A stretch of DNA of 64,000 nucleotides from a virus. Location: IMG/VR virus record IMGVR_UViG_3300046461_000319; one strand, given 5' to 3'. Positions 38,939 through 48,096 of this stretch are shown in pieces. Every line of letters begins with the position of its first letter. Position 1 is the first letter of the stretch. Made by a program: the position numbers and the translations under genes. A model generated the notes under the pieces. It had not been told where the DNA came from and searched no databases. It worked only from the letters and a program-made list of their open reading frames with translations.

Positions 38939-39640
38939 ATGACCTACGACTACCGCGACATACATATCGCCTCTGCCGACCTGCACGGCTTGGTAGCGAA
39001 GTACATGTCGATGTTGGGCCTGGACGTCGCGCCAGTCGTGAAGGTGAAGAATGCCATTGGTGCGAGGAACCTGGGCACCTGCAAGTGGACCCCCGGGCAG
39101 CCGACCAGCACGATAGAGGTTCAGAAGACTGTGACGGGTAACCTGGCCACACTCGAGCGGGTAGTGGCGCATGAGATGGCCCATCACGCGGCCTTTCTAG
39201 ATGCCATCAAGGCCATGCAGGCCATTGTGCTGGAGAGAGGCTCCGAAGCGGGGCCGTACGTGCGCGGGTACCTTCAAGATTTGCGCCGCAGCGATGGGCA
39301 TGGGGAGGAGTGGCTGCGGTACGTGAAGATCATCAACGCGCAGATGGGTAGCGATTTCGTCACCCAGAAGAGTGATGAGACCTACGTCCAGGATGCGGAG
39401 ACCAAGCCCTACTACGTCCTGATTGCCGCTTTGCCCAACGGCAAGTACGGGTATCAGATTGGGGTGAGCTTGTCGGCAAAAATGAAGCAAGTCATCGAAA
39501 GGGCGGGTCAGGCCTACGGAGCCAAGCTCATTAAAACGACGGACGCCAGATGGCAGCACGGGCCTAGGATTGGCAACCCGAGCTGGGCAACATCTGGCGA
39601 TAAGCAAGACGAGATGAAGCGTCTACACGGTGCGGTGTAG
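38939..39640 (+). CDS. SprT-like metallopeptidase with MTYDYR leader
   Basis: LGTCKW, VAHEMAHH, GHGEEW. Confidence 0.75.
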   Translation: MTYDYRDIHIASADLHGLVAKYMSMLGLDVAPVVKVKNAIGARNLGTCKWTPGQPTSTIEVQKTVTGNLATLERVVAHEMAHHAAFLDAIKAMQAIVLERGSEAGPYVRGYLQDLRRSDGHGEEWLRYVKIINAQMGSDFVTQKSDETYVQDAETKPYYVLIAALPNGKYGYQIGVSLSAKMKQVIERAGQAYGAKLIKTTDARWQHGPRIGNPSWATSGDKQDEMKRLHGAV

Positions 39641-39641
39641 A

Positions 39642-39668
39642 CATTGGGCGGCGTCTCCCCGCCCAATG
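39642..39668. terminator. Stem-loop between convergent genes
   Basis: cattgggcgg/ccgcccaatg, 10-bp perfect stem. Confidence 0.6.
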
Positions 39669-39680
39669 CTCCCAGGTTGG

Positions 39681-39977
39681 TCAAAACGCGCGGTAGAACT
39701 GGTCGAAATCCTTGGCGCTAAGCTCCTGCTTCGCGAACGCCATGAGCTGTTCGTATAGCCCGTGCCGGTAGTCGGACAGCTTTGAGGGTAAACAGCCCTC
39801 CAAGTCTACAAGCTGCCGCACCAGGTCGAGCTTCTTTGCGAGCTCCTTCGCCCCGAGAGCCTTGGCGCCGGCTACATAGGCGGCCGTGTGGTCGTTACGT
39901 GCAGTCATTTCCGAGATCTGGTGGATCGCGGTGCTGATGTCGATCTTCGGTGCAACCAGTTTCAACTTCGTTCCCAT
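39681..39977 (-). CDS. Hypothetical protein
   Basis: Clean ORF with ggag SD. Confidence 0.6.
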   Translation of the reverse strand: MGTKLKLVAPKIDISTAIHQISEMTARNDHTAAYVAGAKALGAKELAKKLDLVRQLVDLEGCLPSKLSDYRHGLYEQLMAFAKQELSAKDFDQFYRAF

Positions 39978-40086
39978 GCTCCAGATACAAACGAGGCCCC
40001 GGAAACTTCACGGCGTTTACTTTTATCAACCGTCCTCTGTAGCCGCGCCTTCAGGTCCGGCCTCAACGTGAAAGGGTGCCCGACCG

Positions 40087-40485
40087 ATGCGCAAAATCGC
40101 CAACACTGACGAGCTACAGGATGAGTTAAGAGAAGTGCTTGCCTACACGAGGACAGCTTACCCATCGCGCAGCAAGGTCGCTTCTAAGTTGCTGTCCATC
40201 AGCGAAAGGCTCGGGGCCGCGGCGGCGCCAAGTGAGGCGTCGAGGAAGAATAAGGCCAACAAGGCGCTAGACATCCTCTGCAGAAAGTACCACCAGTCCC
40301 TCCCGTTGACTGAGATCAAGGAGATCTTGAGTGCTAACGGCTTCAATGATGAAGCGGTCGACGGTATCTATACTGGTCGTGAGGGCAGATCACACGAGCA
40401 GGTCGGACCGAAGACCTGGATGATGATGACCTGGCACAAGATGGAGGAATCCGGGACCTGGGAAGTGGTCGCCTACTTGAGTTGA
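40087..40485 (+). CDS. MRKIA-leader protein 4
   Basis: MRKIANTDELQDELREVLAY...PSR leader. Confidence 0.78.
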   Translation: MRKIANTDELQDELREVLAYTRTAYPSRSKVASKLLSISERLGAAAAPSEASRKNKANKALDILCRKYHQSLPLTEIKEILSANGFNDEAVDGIYTGREGRSHEQVGPKTWMMMTWHKMEESGTWEVVAYLS

Positions 40486-40502
40486 TCCGGGCTCGTCCAG
40501 GT

Positions 40503-40850
40503 ATGACCTACGACTTCCGCATGGCTGCGTCGCCGCAGCGATATAACGGTAAGTGCAAATGTGGCCGCTTTCACACGGCACTCTTGCAGAAGGTTGACAA
40601 CGTCAAAACCCCCACGGGCTGGCACTACGGCTACCGTAGCGATACGGGTGAGACCCTCACCTCCGAGGGCATCAATAGTCTCGGCCCCGCCGTCACCTGT
40701 GACTGTGGACGCCGCGTGCCTCTTTTGCCGATCAAGGGTCGTTACAACCCCGAGATCAAGTGCACCGCGAAGTGCCTCAGCAGCAAGGGCTTTCAGTGCG
40801 AGTGCAGCTGTGGCGGCAAAAACCATGGCTCCGGTGGGATCAGCCACTGA
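40503..40850 (+). CDS. MTYDFR-leader Cys-rich (Zn-binding) protein
   Basis: MTYDFRMAAS; CKC, CDC, C..KC...CECSCGGKNHG. Confidence 0.65.
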   Translation: MTYDFRMAASPQRYNGKCKCGRFHTALLQKVDNVKTPTGWHYGYRSDTGETLTSEGINSLGPAVTCDCGRRVPLLPIKGRYNPEIKCTAKCLSSKGFQCECSCGGKNHGSGGISH

Positions 40851-40898
40851 TGCGGGACGCCGGTAAAGGATTTGTGCCTGGAGCTCTTGTGAGGATTG

Positions 40899-41453
40899 AT
40901 GCGAAAGATTGCCAGTACCAGTGAGCTGCAACACGAACTGCGCCGCCTACTCGAGTATGCGGCAGGCTTTCGGCCCTCACGCTCAGTGCTCGCCAGCAAG
41001 CTGCTGGGCTTGAGTCAGCGTGTCGCCACGGAGGTGGCGTCGGAGGCGGCGAAGGCAAAGCAGCGCTTTGACAAGAGCAAAAAGACGCTAGCCGCGCTCG
41101 AGGCTCTGGAAAAGAAGCTCCAGAACGGGGACGCGAGCGCCAAGAAGAAATTCAGCAAGGGTTACGATGACCTGTTTGCTTCTGGTGAAGCCGCCGCGAA
41201 GGCCGGCAAGAAGCTGCTGGAGAAGTACGAGGATTCTGCCGATGAGGACCTCATAGAGTGGCTCGACCACTGTTTGCGGCAGTGGGACTCAAACAAGATG
41301 CACCACTACTCCGCGGGCGCGGGGGTGAGCGAGAAAATGGACCAGGCCCGCAACACGTACGCGGCCGGTCAGCAAGTTGACGCCATTGTCAAGGCTTTCG
41401 ACAAACTACTGGAAGACCCGGACACCACGCTAGATGAGAGCTGGCGCAAGTAG
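40899..41453 (+). CDS. MRKIA-leader protein 5
   Basis: MRKIASTSELQHELRRLLEY...PSR leader plus helical cargo. Confidence 0.78.
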   Translation: MRKIASTSELQHELRRLLEYAAGFRPSRSVLASKLLGLSQRVATEVASEAAKAKQRFDKSKKTLAALEALEKKLQNGDASAKKKFSKGYDDLFASGEAAAKAGKKLLEKYEDSADEDLIEWLDHCLRQWDSNKMHHYSAGAGVSEKMDQARNTYAAGQQVDAIVKAFDKLLEDPDTTLDESWRK

Positions 41454-41513
41454 CCTTGAAGTTTGGCCCAGCTGGAGCGTGTAGAGGGTGCCACGCAGCC
41501 AAAGGATTCGCAG

Positions 41514-41747
41514 ATGTCGCACCCAAGTCTGAAGCAGCAGTACGAAGAGCACACCGCGCACCCGCCCCGCCTCGTAGCCGACCGGGGGTACTTCCTTGTT
41601 GAGGCCTATTCACCGGTCACGCACGGCTACATCCTGATGGCCGAGTGGATGACCAAGGAGCTGGCGGAGCTCGACCTGAAGAGCTGGCAGGAGTCCTGGA
41701 AACAGGAACAGGCCGGTTTCCAGACGGCGCTCGGCGTGACCGCATAA
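41514..41747 (+). CDS. Small hypothetical protein
   Basis: Follows the variant class B motif. Confidence 0.5.
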   Translation: MSHPSLKQQYEEHTAHPPRLVADRGYFLVEAYSPVTHGYILMAEWMTKELAELDLKSWQESWKQEQAGFQTALGVTA

Positions 41748-41788
41748 CTAACTTGTGCGGGCACTAATCAGAGAGGGCACGCAACACG

Positions 41789-42277
41789 ATGAGCTACGAC
41801 CACCGCTACGCTTCCGGAGAACCCAAGCCGATGTTTGCGCCCGGCGATGAGGTCAACGTCATGAGCGACAATCGCGTGTTGTTCACCGGCAAGATCTTCC
41901 GTCGCGTCCAATATGACGACTTCCAAGGGTGTTGGACGTACAAGGTGAAGGATAACAAGGGCGGTAGCGCTCGGACGTTCAACGAGACCAGCATACAGCC
42001 AGCTCAAGCCGCGCCTTCCGTGCCTCCGCCCAGGAATATTCTTGACGATCATGAGGGCATGGCGAAACGGCTCGCGGTGCGACTCGAGCAAGAGATGAAT
42101 AAGATCGTCCGCGGCGCTGGCAAGGTCACCGATGTCCAGACCGAAGGCCCAGGCTCCGGCTGGCTGGTCGTGTTCGACACCGAGTATGCGGCGCTCAAGG
42201 CCTACTACCACTACCGCCACAACAAGCCGAACTTCGGCAAGGCGAACGGCGGCGGCTGGTTCGTGTCTGTGCACTGA
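41789..42277 (+). CDS. MSYDHR-leader protein with SH3/Tudor-like N-terminal domain
   Basis: MSYDHRYAS; FAPGDEV...GKI...YKV. Confidence 0.65.
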   Translation: MSYDHRYASGEPKPMFAPGDEVNVMSDNRVLFTGKIFRRVQYDDFQGCWTYKVKDNKGGSARTFNETSIQPAQAAPSVPPPRNILDDHEGMAKRLAVRLEQEMNKIVRGAGKVTDVQTEGPGSGWLVVFDTEYAALKAYYHYRHNKPNFGKANGGGWFVSVH

Positions 42278-42281
42278 GCTC

Positions 42282-42325
42282 ATATGAAAGCTGTGCGCAC
42301 CACGCTGCGTGCATAGCTTTCATAT
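42282..42325. terminator. Long AT-rich stem-loop after the 41789 gene
   Basis: atatgaaagct...agctttcatat, 11-bp perfect outer stem plus further inner pairing. Confidence 0.5.
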
Positions 42326-42493
42326 CGTCCGGCGTCATATCGTTACACCGCACCCCTTCGAGGTAGGTGGCGGCAGCTTCGCAGCGACGCGGGACTAACA
42401 CAGACAGTAGTTGTCTCTTCCATAGGCTTGAAGATTGGCTCCCCCTAAATGGTATTATTTATGTGCCGGGGAGCGCCGGAGGGGAGAGTTGTT

Positions 42494-44509
42494 GTGCGAC
42501 ATCTGTTGTATGCGTGTCTTCTGGTTTCTGCCGCTGCGTGTACTGCAGCGCCTTCAGAGGAAGCGCCACCCAATGAACAGCATCGAGTAGAGGCTGGTGC
42601 ACCAGCGCCTATGAGTGGCGGTAGCCATAGCGATGCCACTGCCGGCAAAAGCGCAGCAACGACCGTAGCGGGCTCGGGCGGCGCTGGTGGTGCTGGGTCA
42701 GCAAGTAAAGCAGGGTCAGGCGGTGTGGGCGGAACCAAAGCTGGAGCTGGTGGCGTCAAGGCTGAGGCCGGGGGTACGAGCGGATCTGGCAAAGCGGGGT
42801 CCGGTGGATCTGAAGCAGGGGCTGGAGGCGCGCCGGTCATCATCGAAGATGCTGGCCAGGATGCAGAGGTCGATGCATCGACTGATGCAGCTCAAGACAC
42901 GCCAGAATGCGTGAACGGCGACGCGCACTGCGATTACCTTGATGTGGTCACGTGCTCCGCTGGTGCTTGGACGACTACCGAGACGTGCCCATACCTGTGC
43001 AACGACGGAGTCTGTAGCGGAAGCTGTATGCCAGGCGCGAAACAGTGCTCGGCCTTTGGCGCGCAGACATGCACCGCACAAGGAGCGTGGGTCACAGATC
43101 AAAGCAGCTGCACTCCGAACGCTCGTAAGTGCAATGGGACCGTCGCGCTCGAGTGCAACACTTGTGGGCAATGGGTGACGGCGGAGATCTGCGCTAACGT
43201 ATGCTCCGCCGGTTCATGCACCGGCACGTGTGTGCCTGAGTCGCTGCAGTGCTCCGGGCTCAACGCTCAGAGCTGCGACGATTCGGGCAACTGGCAGACG
43301 ACGGTGACGTGTCCGTACGTCTGCTCGAATGGCGGCTGCTTGGGCGTGTGCACGCCCGGCGCCACACGATGCTCGGGCGCGAACATCCAGACTTGCGGGC
43401 CGACTGGGCAGTGGCAGACGGCGCAAGCGTGCCCCTCGAAAGCCAACGCGACCGTGAGCTGCTCGATGAACCAGTGCACGTTCGCTTGCAACGCTGATTA
43501 CCAGGACTGCAACGGCGATGCGGGTGATGGATGCGAAGTCAGCCTGCAGACCGACTCCAATAACTGCAACGCCTGCGGTCGAACCTGCTGTGGCGGTGGA
43601 GCGTGTAGCGCTGGTACCTGCCAGCCTGCAACCGTAGTACCCGGCAACTGGACCTACTTCGAAATGGATGCCACCAACTACTACACCGTCAGCCCAACCG
43701 ACGTGGCAACCATCAAGAAGACACCGCGTGCGGGTGGGGCCACTACAGACTTTGTGCCCAGTACTGTCTCCAATGGTCGGGTATTGCAGCTCCTATTGAT
43801 CGGTACAGACCTTTACTGGACAGCTCAGAACCCCTCCACAAACAACATAGATATCTACGCTACCTCAGTCAGCGGTGGGGTTACGACCCCTGTGACAAGT
43901 TCCTCCAGCGTGTGGAACATGATTTTCGACGGCACGGACCTCATTTGGTCAAAGAACGGCAGCCAAGGAATTCAATGGAAAACCCTGGCCTCAAACGCTT
44001 CAGGCGTGACCCTCAACTCAGCGAATAGCTACTGGGTGGCGAGCGACGGTGAATATCTCTACTACGCGGAGTCTTCCATGATCTACAACTCCTGCGGAGG
44101 AAGCTCCCAGGTCGCGGCATACACATCAACCTTGAAGAAAGTCCCTGTCCATGGGGGCACACCCAGCCTGTTAGACGCGGGTTGCGGCGAATACACTGAC
44201 TTAGCAATCGTCGGCTCGAACCTATACTACGGTGTTACACGAAGATCTTCTGCGCTGGATGGCAGGTATACGGTGCCGTTAGCCGGGGGGGGTGCACCGA
44301 CCAAGATTGGCTATGGTGGTGTTTCACTTGTGAGCGACGAGGCGAATCTCTACTACTGCAACAGTGTATTGTTCAAAAAGCCAATCAGTGGTGGCACCGC
44401 CGTTTCACTCGTGCCCTCTCAGTACGGGTACTGCCGCGATCTGAAACTCGACGGGCAGTGTGTCTACTACAACAGCGGCCCGATAATGACCGTGAACAAA
44501 TCGCCGTAA
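42494..44509 (+). CDS. Myxobacterial-type lipoprotein: Gly-rich linker, Cys-rich repeats, C-terminal beta-propeller
   Basis: Lipobox SAAAC; AG/GS-rich linker; repeated C...W....C...C..G.C...C; CNGDAGDGCE..LQTDSNNCNACGRTC; D..N.Y[WY]-type propeller blades. Confidence 0.8.
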   Translation: MRHLLYACLLVSAAACTAAPSEEAPPNEQHRVEAGAPAPMSGGSHSDATAGKSAATTVAGSGGAGGAGSASKAGSGGVGGTKAGAGGVKAEAGGTSGSGKAGSGGSEAGAGGAPVIIEDAGQDAEVDASTDAAQDTPECVNGDAHCDYLDVVTCSAGAWTTTETCPYLCNDGVCSGSCMPGAKQCSAFGAQTCTAQGAWVTDQSSCTPNARKCNGTVALECNTCGQWVTAEICANVCSAGSCTGTCVPESLQCSGLNAQSCDDSGNWQTTVTCPYVCSNGGCLGVCTPGATRCSGANIQTCGPTGQWQTAQACPSKANATVSCSMNQCTFACNADYQDCNGDAGDGCEVSLQTDSNNCNACGRTCCGGGACSAGTCQPATVVPGNWTYFEMDATNYYTVSPTDVATIKKTPRAGGATTDFVPSTVSNGRVLQLLLIGTDLYWTAQNPSTNNIDIYATSVSGGVTTPVTSSSSVWNMIFDGTDLIWSKNGSQGIQWKTLASNASGVTLNSANSYWVASDGEYLYYAESSMIYNSCGGSSQVAAYTSTLKKVPVHGGTPSLLDAGCGEYTDLAIVGSNLYYGVTRRSSALDGRYTVPLAGGGAPTKIGYGGVSLVSDEANLYYCNSVLFKKPISGGTAVSLVPSQYGYCRDLKLDGQCVYYNSGPIMTVNKSP

Positions 44510-44516
44510 GCGGTCG

Positions 44517-47500
44517 CTAGATCGCAACGCTACGCGGAAAAGGCGGCAGGGCAGACCCAGTCGCCTTTTTTTCGTGCAGCTTATCGATGATGGTGCCGTC
44601 CTTGAGGTAGCTGTCCTCCATTGAAGGCGCGAGATACTGAGACTTGAGGGTGGAGGCTTCGTGCCCGAGCTCGTCACTCACGAGCTCGAGCGCCTCCTTG
44701 AACTCTTCTTTGAGCTGCTTCTCGCGCTCCGCCTTGTCCGTGGGAAGCGTGCCCTTGCGCACCTTCTTGAGTGCCTTCTGCATGAGCGAGTTCGCAGCCA
44801 GGCCGCGCAGATCCTTCGCCGTGATATCAAACGGCGCCAGGAACTCGTTGACTTTCTCGGCTGTGACCGTCGCGTCGTCACCTGAGAACAGGCAGCCGTC
44901 CTTGCCCTCCGCCTCTTTGTAGGCGCGCCGAAGGGCCTTCAACACGTAGGGAGTGCTGACGGTCTTCTCGTGCTTGACGCCGCTCTTGCCGACGTATTTG
45001 ATCGTCGCCGACCCGGAGCCGAACGACACGTGCTTCTTCTTCCAACCGGTCACGCCATAGTGCGGATCCCCCGAGTCGTTTCGATTGCCCTTGGCTGACT
45101 CCTCGTTGCCCACACGCTCATGGGTCTCATCGATGAGTGCGATCGCGAGGGCGACGAGCCGAGTCTCGCGATCCTCGGATCCGAGATTCGCCTTGACCTT
45201 GGACCGCAGCTTCTCGACCTTGCCCTTGAACTTCTCGAGACGCTTGGCCTTCTCTCTGTTCCGGGTTTCGACCTGCTTTTCCGAGTAGACGTAGACCTCG
45301 GTTGTCCCCTTGCCGTTGGCTTTGGGCACTTTTTTCTTCTCTTGGTAGCGTGCTGCAACCTTGACGGCCGGCAGCGTGTCGGGAGTCAGTGAGGTGTCAT
45401 CGTCCAGCAACGCGTCAGCCATCGAGTCGTTGTCGTCCCAGCTGAAAGCTTGGCCCTCTTGGGGCAAGTTGAGCTCAACCCCAAAGTCATCGGCCAGGTT
45501 CTGGATATCACCCAGGGTCACGGCAGCCCGTTGATAGCGAGCTGCGACCTTCAGAGCCGAAAGCGTGCTGTTATTGTTTGGTCCCATCAGTTCACCTCGT
45601 ATGCCACCGCTCGCCCGCCGTCGTGAGGCTATCTTGGCGCCACCCAGCTTGCAGATCTTGGCGAAGAACTCTCGTGTCCATGGCCCAACCGCGCGAGGCC
45701 CATGCAACACCCACGCTTTGAACACCTCAGCGAACGCCTCCACGGGGCTCGTGTTGGCATAGTCGGAGATCTCTTCGAGCTGAACTTTCTCTCCGAGATT
45801 GTTCCGTTCGAGGCGAGCCATGTACTCCGTCTCGACAAACGCTACCGAGCTTTCCCCAAATGCGATTAGCGGCGTTTCCGCAAGTACGCGAAACTTTGCA
45901 GCCTGACTTTCGTCACGTGCGTGAGACAAGACAAGCTTCAGTAGGTCCGGTCGGTCGATCGTCTTAGCTAAGCCCTTCGATGCAACCTGCTTAGAAACCA
46001 AGTCAAAGAACGTCTCGACATCCTCCTTGGTGATCTCGACAGATCGGCTACCCATTACCTCTTCCCACTCATTGCGAGCAGTCATCGGCAAGGCCTTGAA
46101 GTAGAAGCGGTGCCCGCACTCATGCGTGAACGTGCCGTGACCCGAGCCGGCACCAACGAGGCCAAGGGGGTACATGATGAGCTCGTCCCGCTCGACCATG
46201 AAGCGGCCCATGGTGTCCCACTCTGACTTCTTGACATCGAAGTCAACGGTAACGGTTAGACCACGCACGGCGGCTGCAAATCCCGCTCGTTTGACCTGAT
46301 CGACGTTAGACTTGAGCCGGCGCAGAAAGGCCTCTAAAGCCACTTCAGCTCCAGTCTCCCCGGAGCGGCCAGTGTTGTGAATCACAACCCCAACGCCGCT
46401 AACCTCAAAGTGCTCAACGGGCTCCCGCCTCTGGACCTTGCCCTCTGGCCTCGTATCCAGGTACTCGGTGATCGCTTTGAACGCCTTGTTGGCGGCGGCC
46501 TGGTAGCGTTTGATTGTGCGATCACGATCGGCCCTGAAACGACCCCAATCAGGGGTCCGACTGGGCCGTATCACCGGAAACAGCATACCGGCGTCCAACT
46601 CGTAACGGACGTCCCAAGCAAGCTTGGCGATCTGCTTCTCCATTGGGGACCACGGGTGATCGCTGGTCTCCTTGGGCAGCAGTTCTTTGTACGCCCACTC
46701 CTCGAAGTTCAGCCGGAAGCTTGTGAACAACTGTTGAGCCTGGTCCCAGCCGGTGCGATCGCCAGCATCTGAGTCAGATGTTGGGGGCTCGATGTCTTTG
46801 TAGATCTTGGTCATGACCTTGAGGTCACGTTTCCAACGATCCACGGCAGACTTGTCTATAGCAGAGTCGAAGCGAGCCAAGACTTGACGTGTGAGTGCCC
46901 GGTTGTCTGACTGATAGGCCAACTTGATCTCTCCCGGCAACACTACTTTCAACCACTCGCGGACTTGCGGATGAACGGCCTGTGGGCCGTACGCGACCAG
47001 GAGGGCAATCGCCTCTGCGAACGCCTCATCTGGGTTTTCGTTGGCGTAGGGGGTGATGGGCGTATGCATCATCCGGAGCTCAGAATCCCCGTGGGTCTCC
47101 AGGTATTTCTCAAGGCCCTCGCGCGTCCAATCATCCGCGTCGACAAATCCCTTGGGCATCCTGACGTAGCCGTCCAAGATGGCCTGTAGCTGCATGCCGA
47201 GCACAGGATCATCGTGGAGCGCCGCATTCAACCATTGGACAAACCCCGGAGTTGTCCGGGGCCACTTGGCGAGCAATTCACTCAGCTTGATCGGCTTCAT
47301 GTCTTGCTTGATGGCTGCGATCCAATACGCGCGAGCCGGATGCGACATCCAATCCATGCCGAAGTAGTGGCCGGTCTCGTGCGCGATCACATAGACGATC
47401 TTCTCCAGATCTTTCATCGCCTTGTGATAGAGCGTGATCTTGCCGTCGCCGTAGTGGCCCGAGGCATAGGTCACCCCGAACATCACATCCATCGGGAGCT

Positions 47501-48089
47501 TGTGCCGCAGCATCTGTGGCAGATAGCGCTTCGCCTTCTGCTGATAGGTCTTCAGCGCATCCGTGAGTGTGTTGAGAAAGGCCCTGTGGGTCGGGTCGGC
47601 CTCGTCATACTCATGAAAAATCATGTGGAAGCCGTCAATGCTGACGTTCTGCTCGGATGGTAGCGCCATCTCTGGCTTCAGATCGCGCTTCTTGTCTTTG
47701 TGGAGCTTGTCGAGCCACGCACCAACATCAGGCAAGCCATTGAGTGCCTTCGTGACCTCGTCCTTCCAACGTCGCTTCACGCGTGGCCACATCTCATAGT
47801 CGGTGCCCAGCGCGGTGATGTGAGTATCGAGCTCGAATAGCGGCCAGGCCTTTTTGCGAAAGACCTCCATTTGCCGGTCCACATCCTTGGCCGTGTACTC
47901 CACCCGGTCCCGCAGGTACCGCATGAGGTCTCGATAGCCGCCCTTTGCTAGATTGGCCTTGTACCAAGCGCCAACACTTTTGCGGAACTTCTCGTAGTCC
48001 GCTTCGCTGTTGACGCGATCGTAGTTGCCAAGGATCTGCTCAACATCTTGAGCAATCTCACGAATCCGAGTCGAATCGAGGGGGCGCAT
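44517..48089 (-). CDS. Polyprotein: zincin (HETGH) + zincin (HECGH) + DNA topoisomerase IB
   Basis: TopIB pentad ERVGN (R), VGKSG (K), DLRG (R), LGHE (H), SQYL (Y); zincins with EAFAE; VLARF/KVAARY at junctions. Confidence 0.85.
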   Translation of the reverse strand: MRPLDSTRIREIAQDVEQILGNYDRVNSEADYEKFRKSVGAWYKANLAKGGYRDLMRYLRDRVEYTAKDVDRQMEVFRKKAWPLFELDTHITALGTDYEMWPRVKRRWKDEVTKALNGLPDVGAWLDKLHKDKKRDLKPEMALPSEQNVSIDGFHMIFHEYDEADPTHRAFLNTLTDALKTYQQKAKRYLPQMLRHKLPMDVMFGVTYASGHYGDGKITLYHKAMKDLEKIVYVIAHETGHYFGMDWMSHPARAYWIAAIKQDMKPIKLSELLAKWPRTTPGFVQWLNAALHDDPVLGMQLQAILDGYVRMPKGFVDADDWTREGLEKYLETHGDSELRMMHTPITPYANENPDEAFAEAIALLVAYGPQAVHPQVREWLKVVLPGEIKLAYQSDNRALTRQVLARFDSAIDKSAVDRWKRDLKVMTKIYKDIEPPTSDSDAGDRTGWDQAQQLFTSFRLNFEEWAYKELLPKETSDHPWSPMEKQIAKLAWDVRYELDAGMLFPVIRPSRTPDWGRFRADRDRTIKRYQAAANKAFKAITEYLDTRPEGKVQRREPVEHFEVSGVGVVIHNTGRSGETGAEVALEAFLRRLKSNVDQVKRAGFAAAVRGLTVTVDFDVKKSEWDTMGRFMVERDELIMYPLGLVGAGSGHGTFTHECGHRFYFKALPMTARNEWEEVMGSRSVEITKEDVETFFDLVSKQVASKGLAKTIDRPDLLKLVLSHARDESQAAKFRVLAETPLIAFGESSVAFVETEYMARLERNNLGEKVQLEEISDYANTSPVEAFAEVFKAWVLHGPRAVGPWTREFFAKICKLGGAKIASRRRASGGIRGELMGPNNNSTLSALKVAARYQRAAVTLGDIQNLADDFGVELNLPQEGQAFSWDDNDSMADALLDDDTSLTPDTLPAVKVAARYQEKKKVPKANGKGTTEVYVYSEKQVETRNREKAKRLEKFKGKVEKLRSKVKANLGSEDRETRLVALAIALIDETHERVGNEESAKGNRNDSGDPHYGVTGWKKKHVSFGSGSATIKYVGKSGVKHEKTVSTPYVLKALRRAYKEAEGKDGCLFSGDDATVTAEKVNEFLAPFDITAKDLRGLAANSLMQKALKKVRKGTLPTDKAEREKQLKEEFKEALELVSDELGHEASTLKSQYLAPSMEDSYLKDGTIIDKLHEKKATGSALPPFPRSVAI
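44538..44572. terminator. Bidirectional intrinsic terminator
   Basis: aaaaggcg...cgccttttttt between convergent genes; overlaps the last codons of the polyprotein. Confidence 0.7.
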
Positions 48090-48096
48090 CGGCATA

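Noticed and set aside
39634-39639. GGTGTA copy at the end of the SprT gene
   Set aside because: It is coding (A-V-stop) and is followed by a hairpin, with no start codon 9-10 nt downstream.
44517-45345. Integron integrase / tyrosine recombinase for the palindrome array
   Set aside because: The motif order and KSGVKH/HYGV context fit topoisomerase IB; there is no evidence linking it to the repeats.
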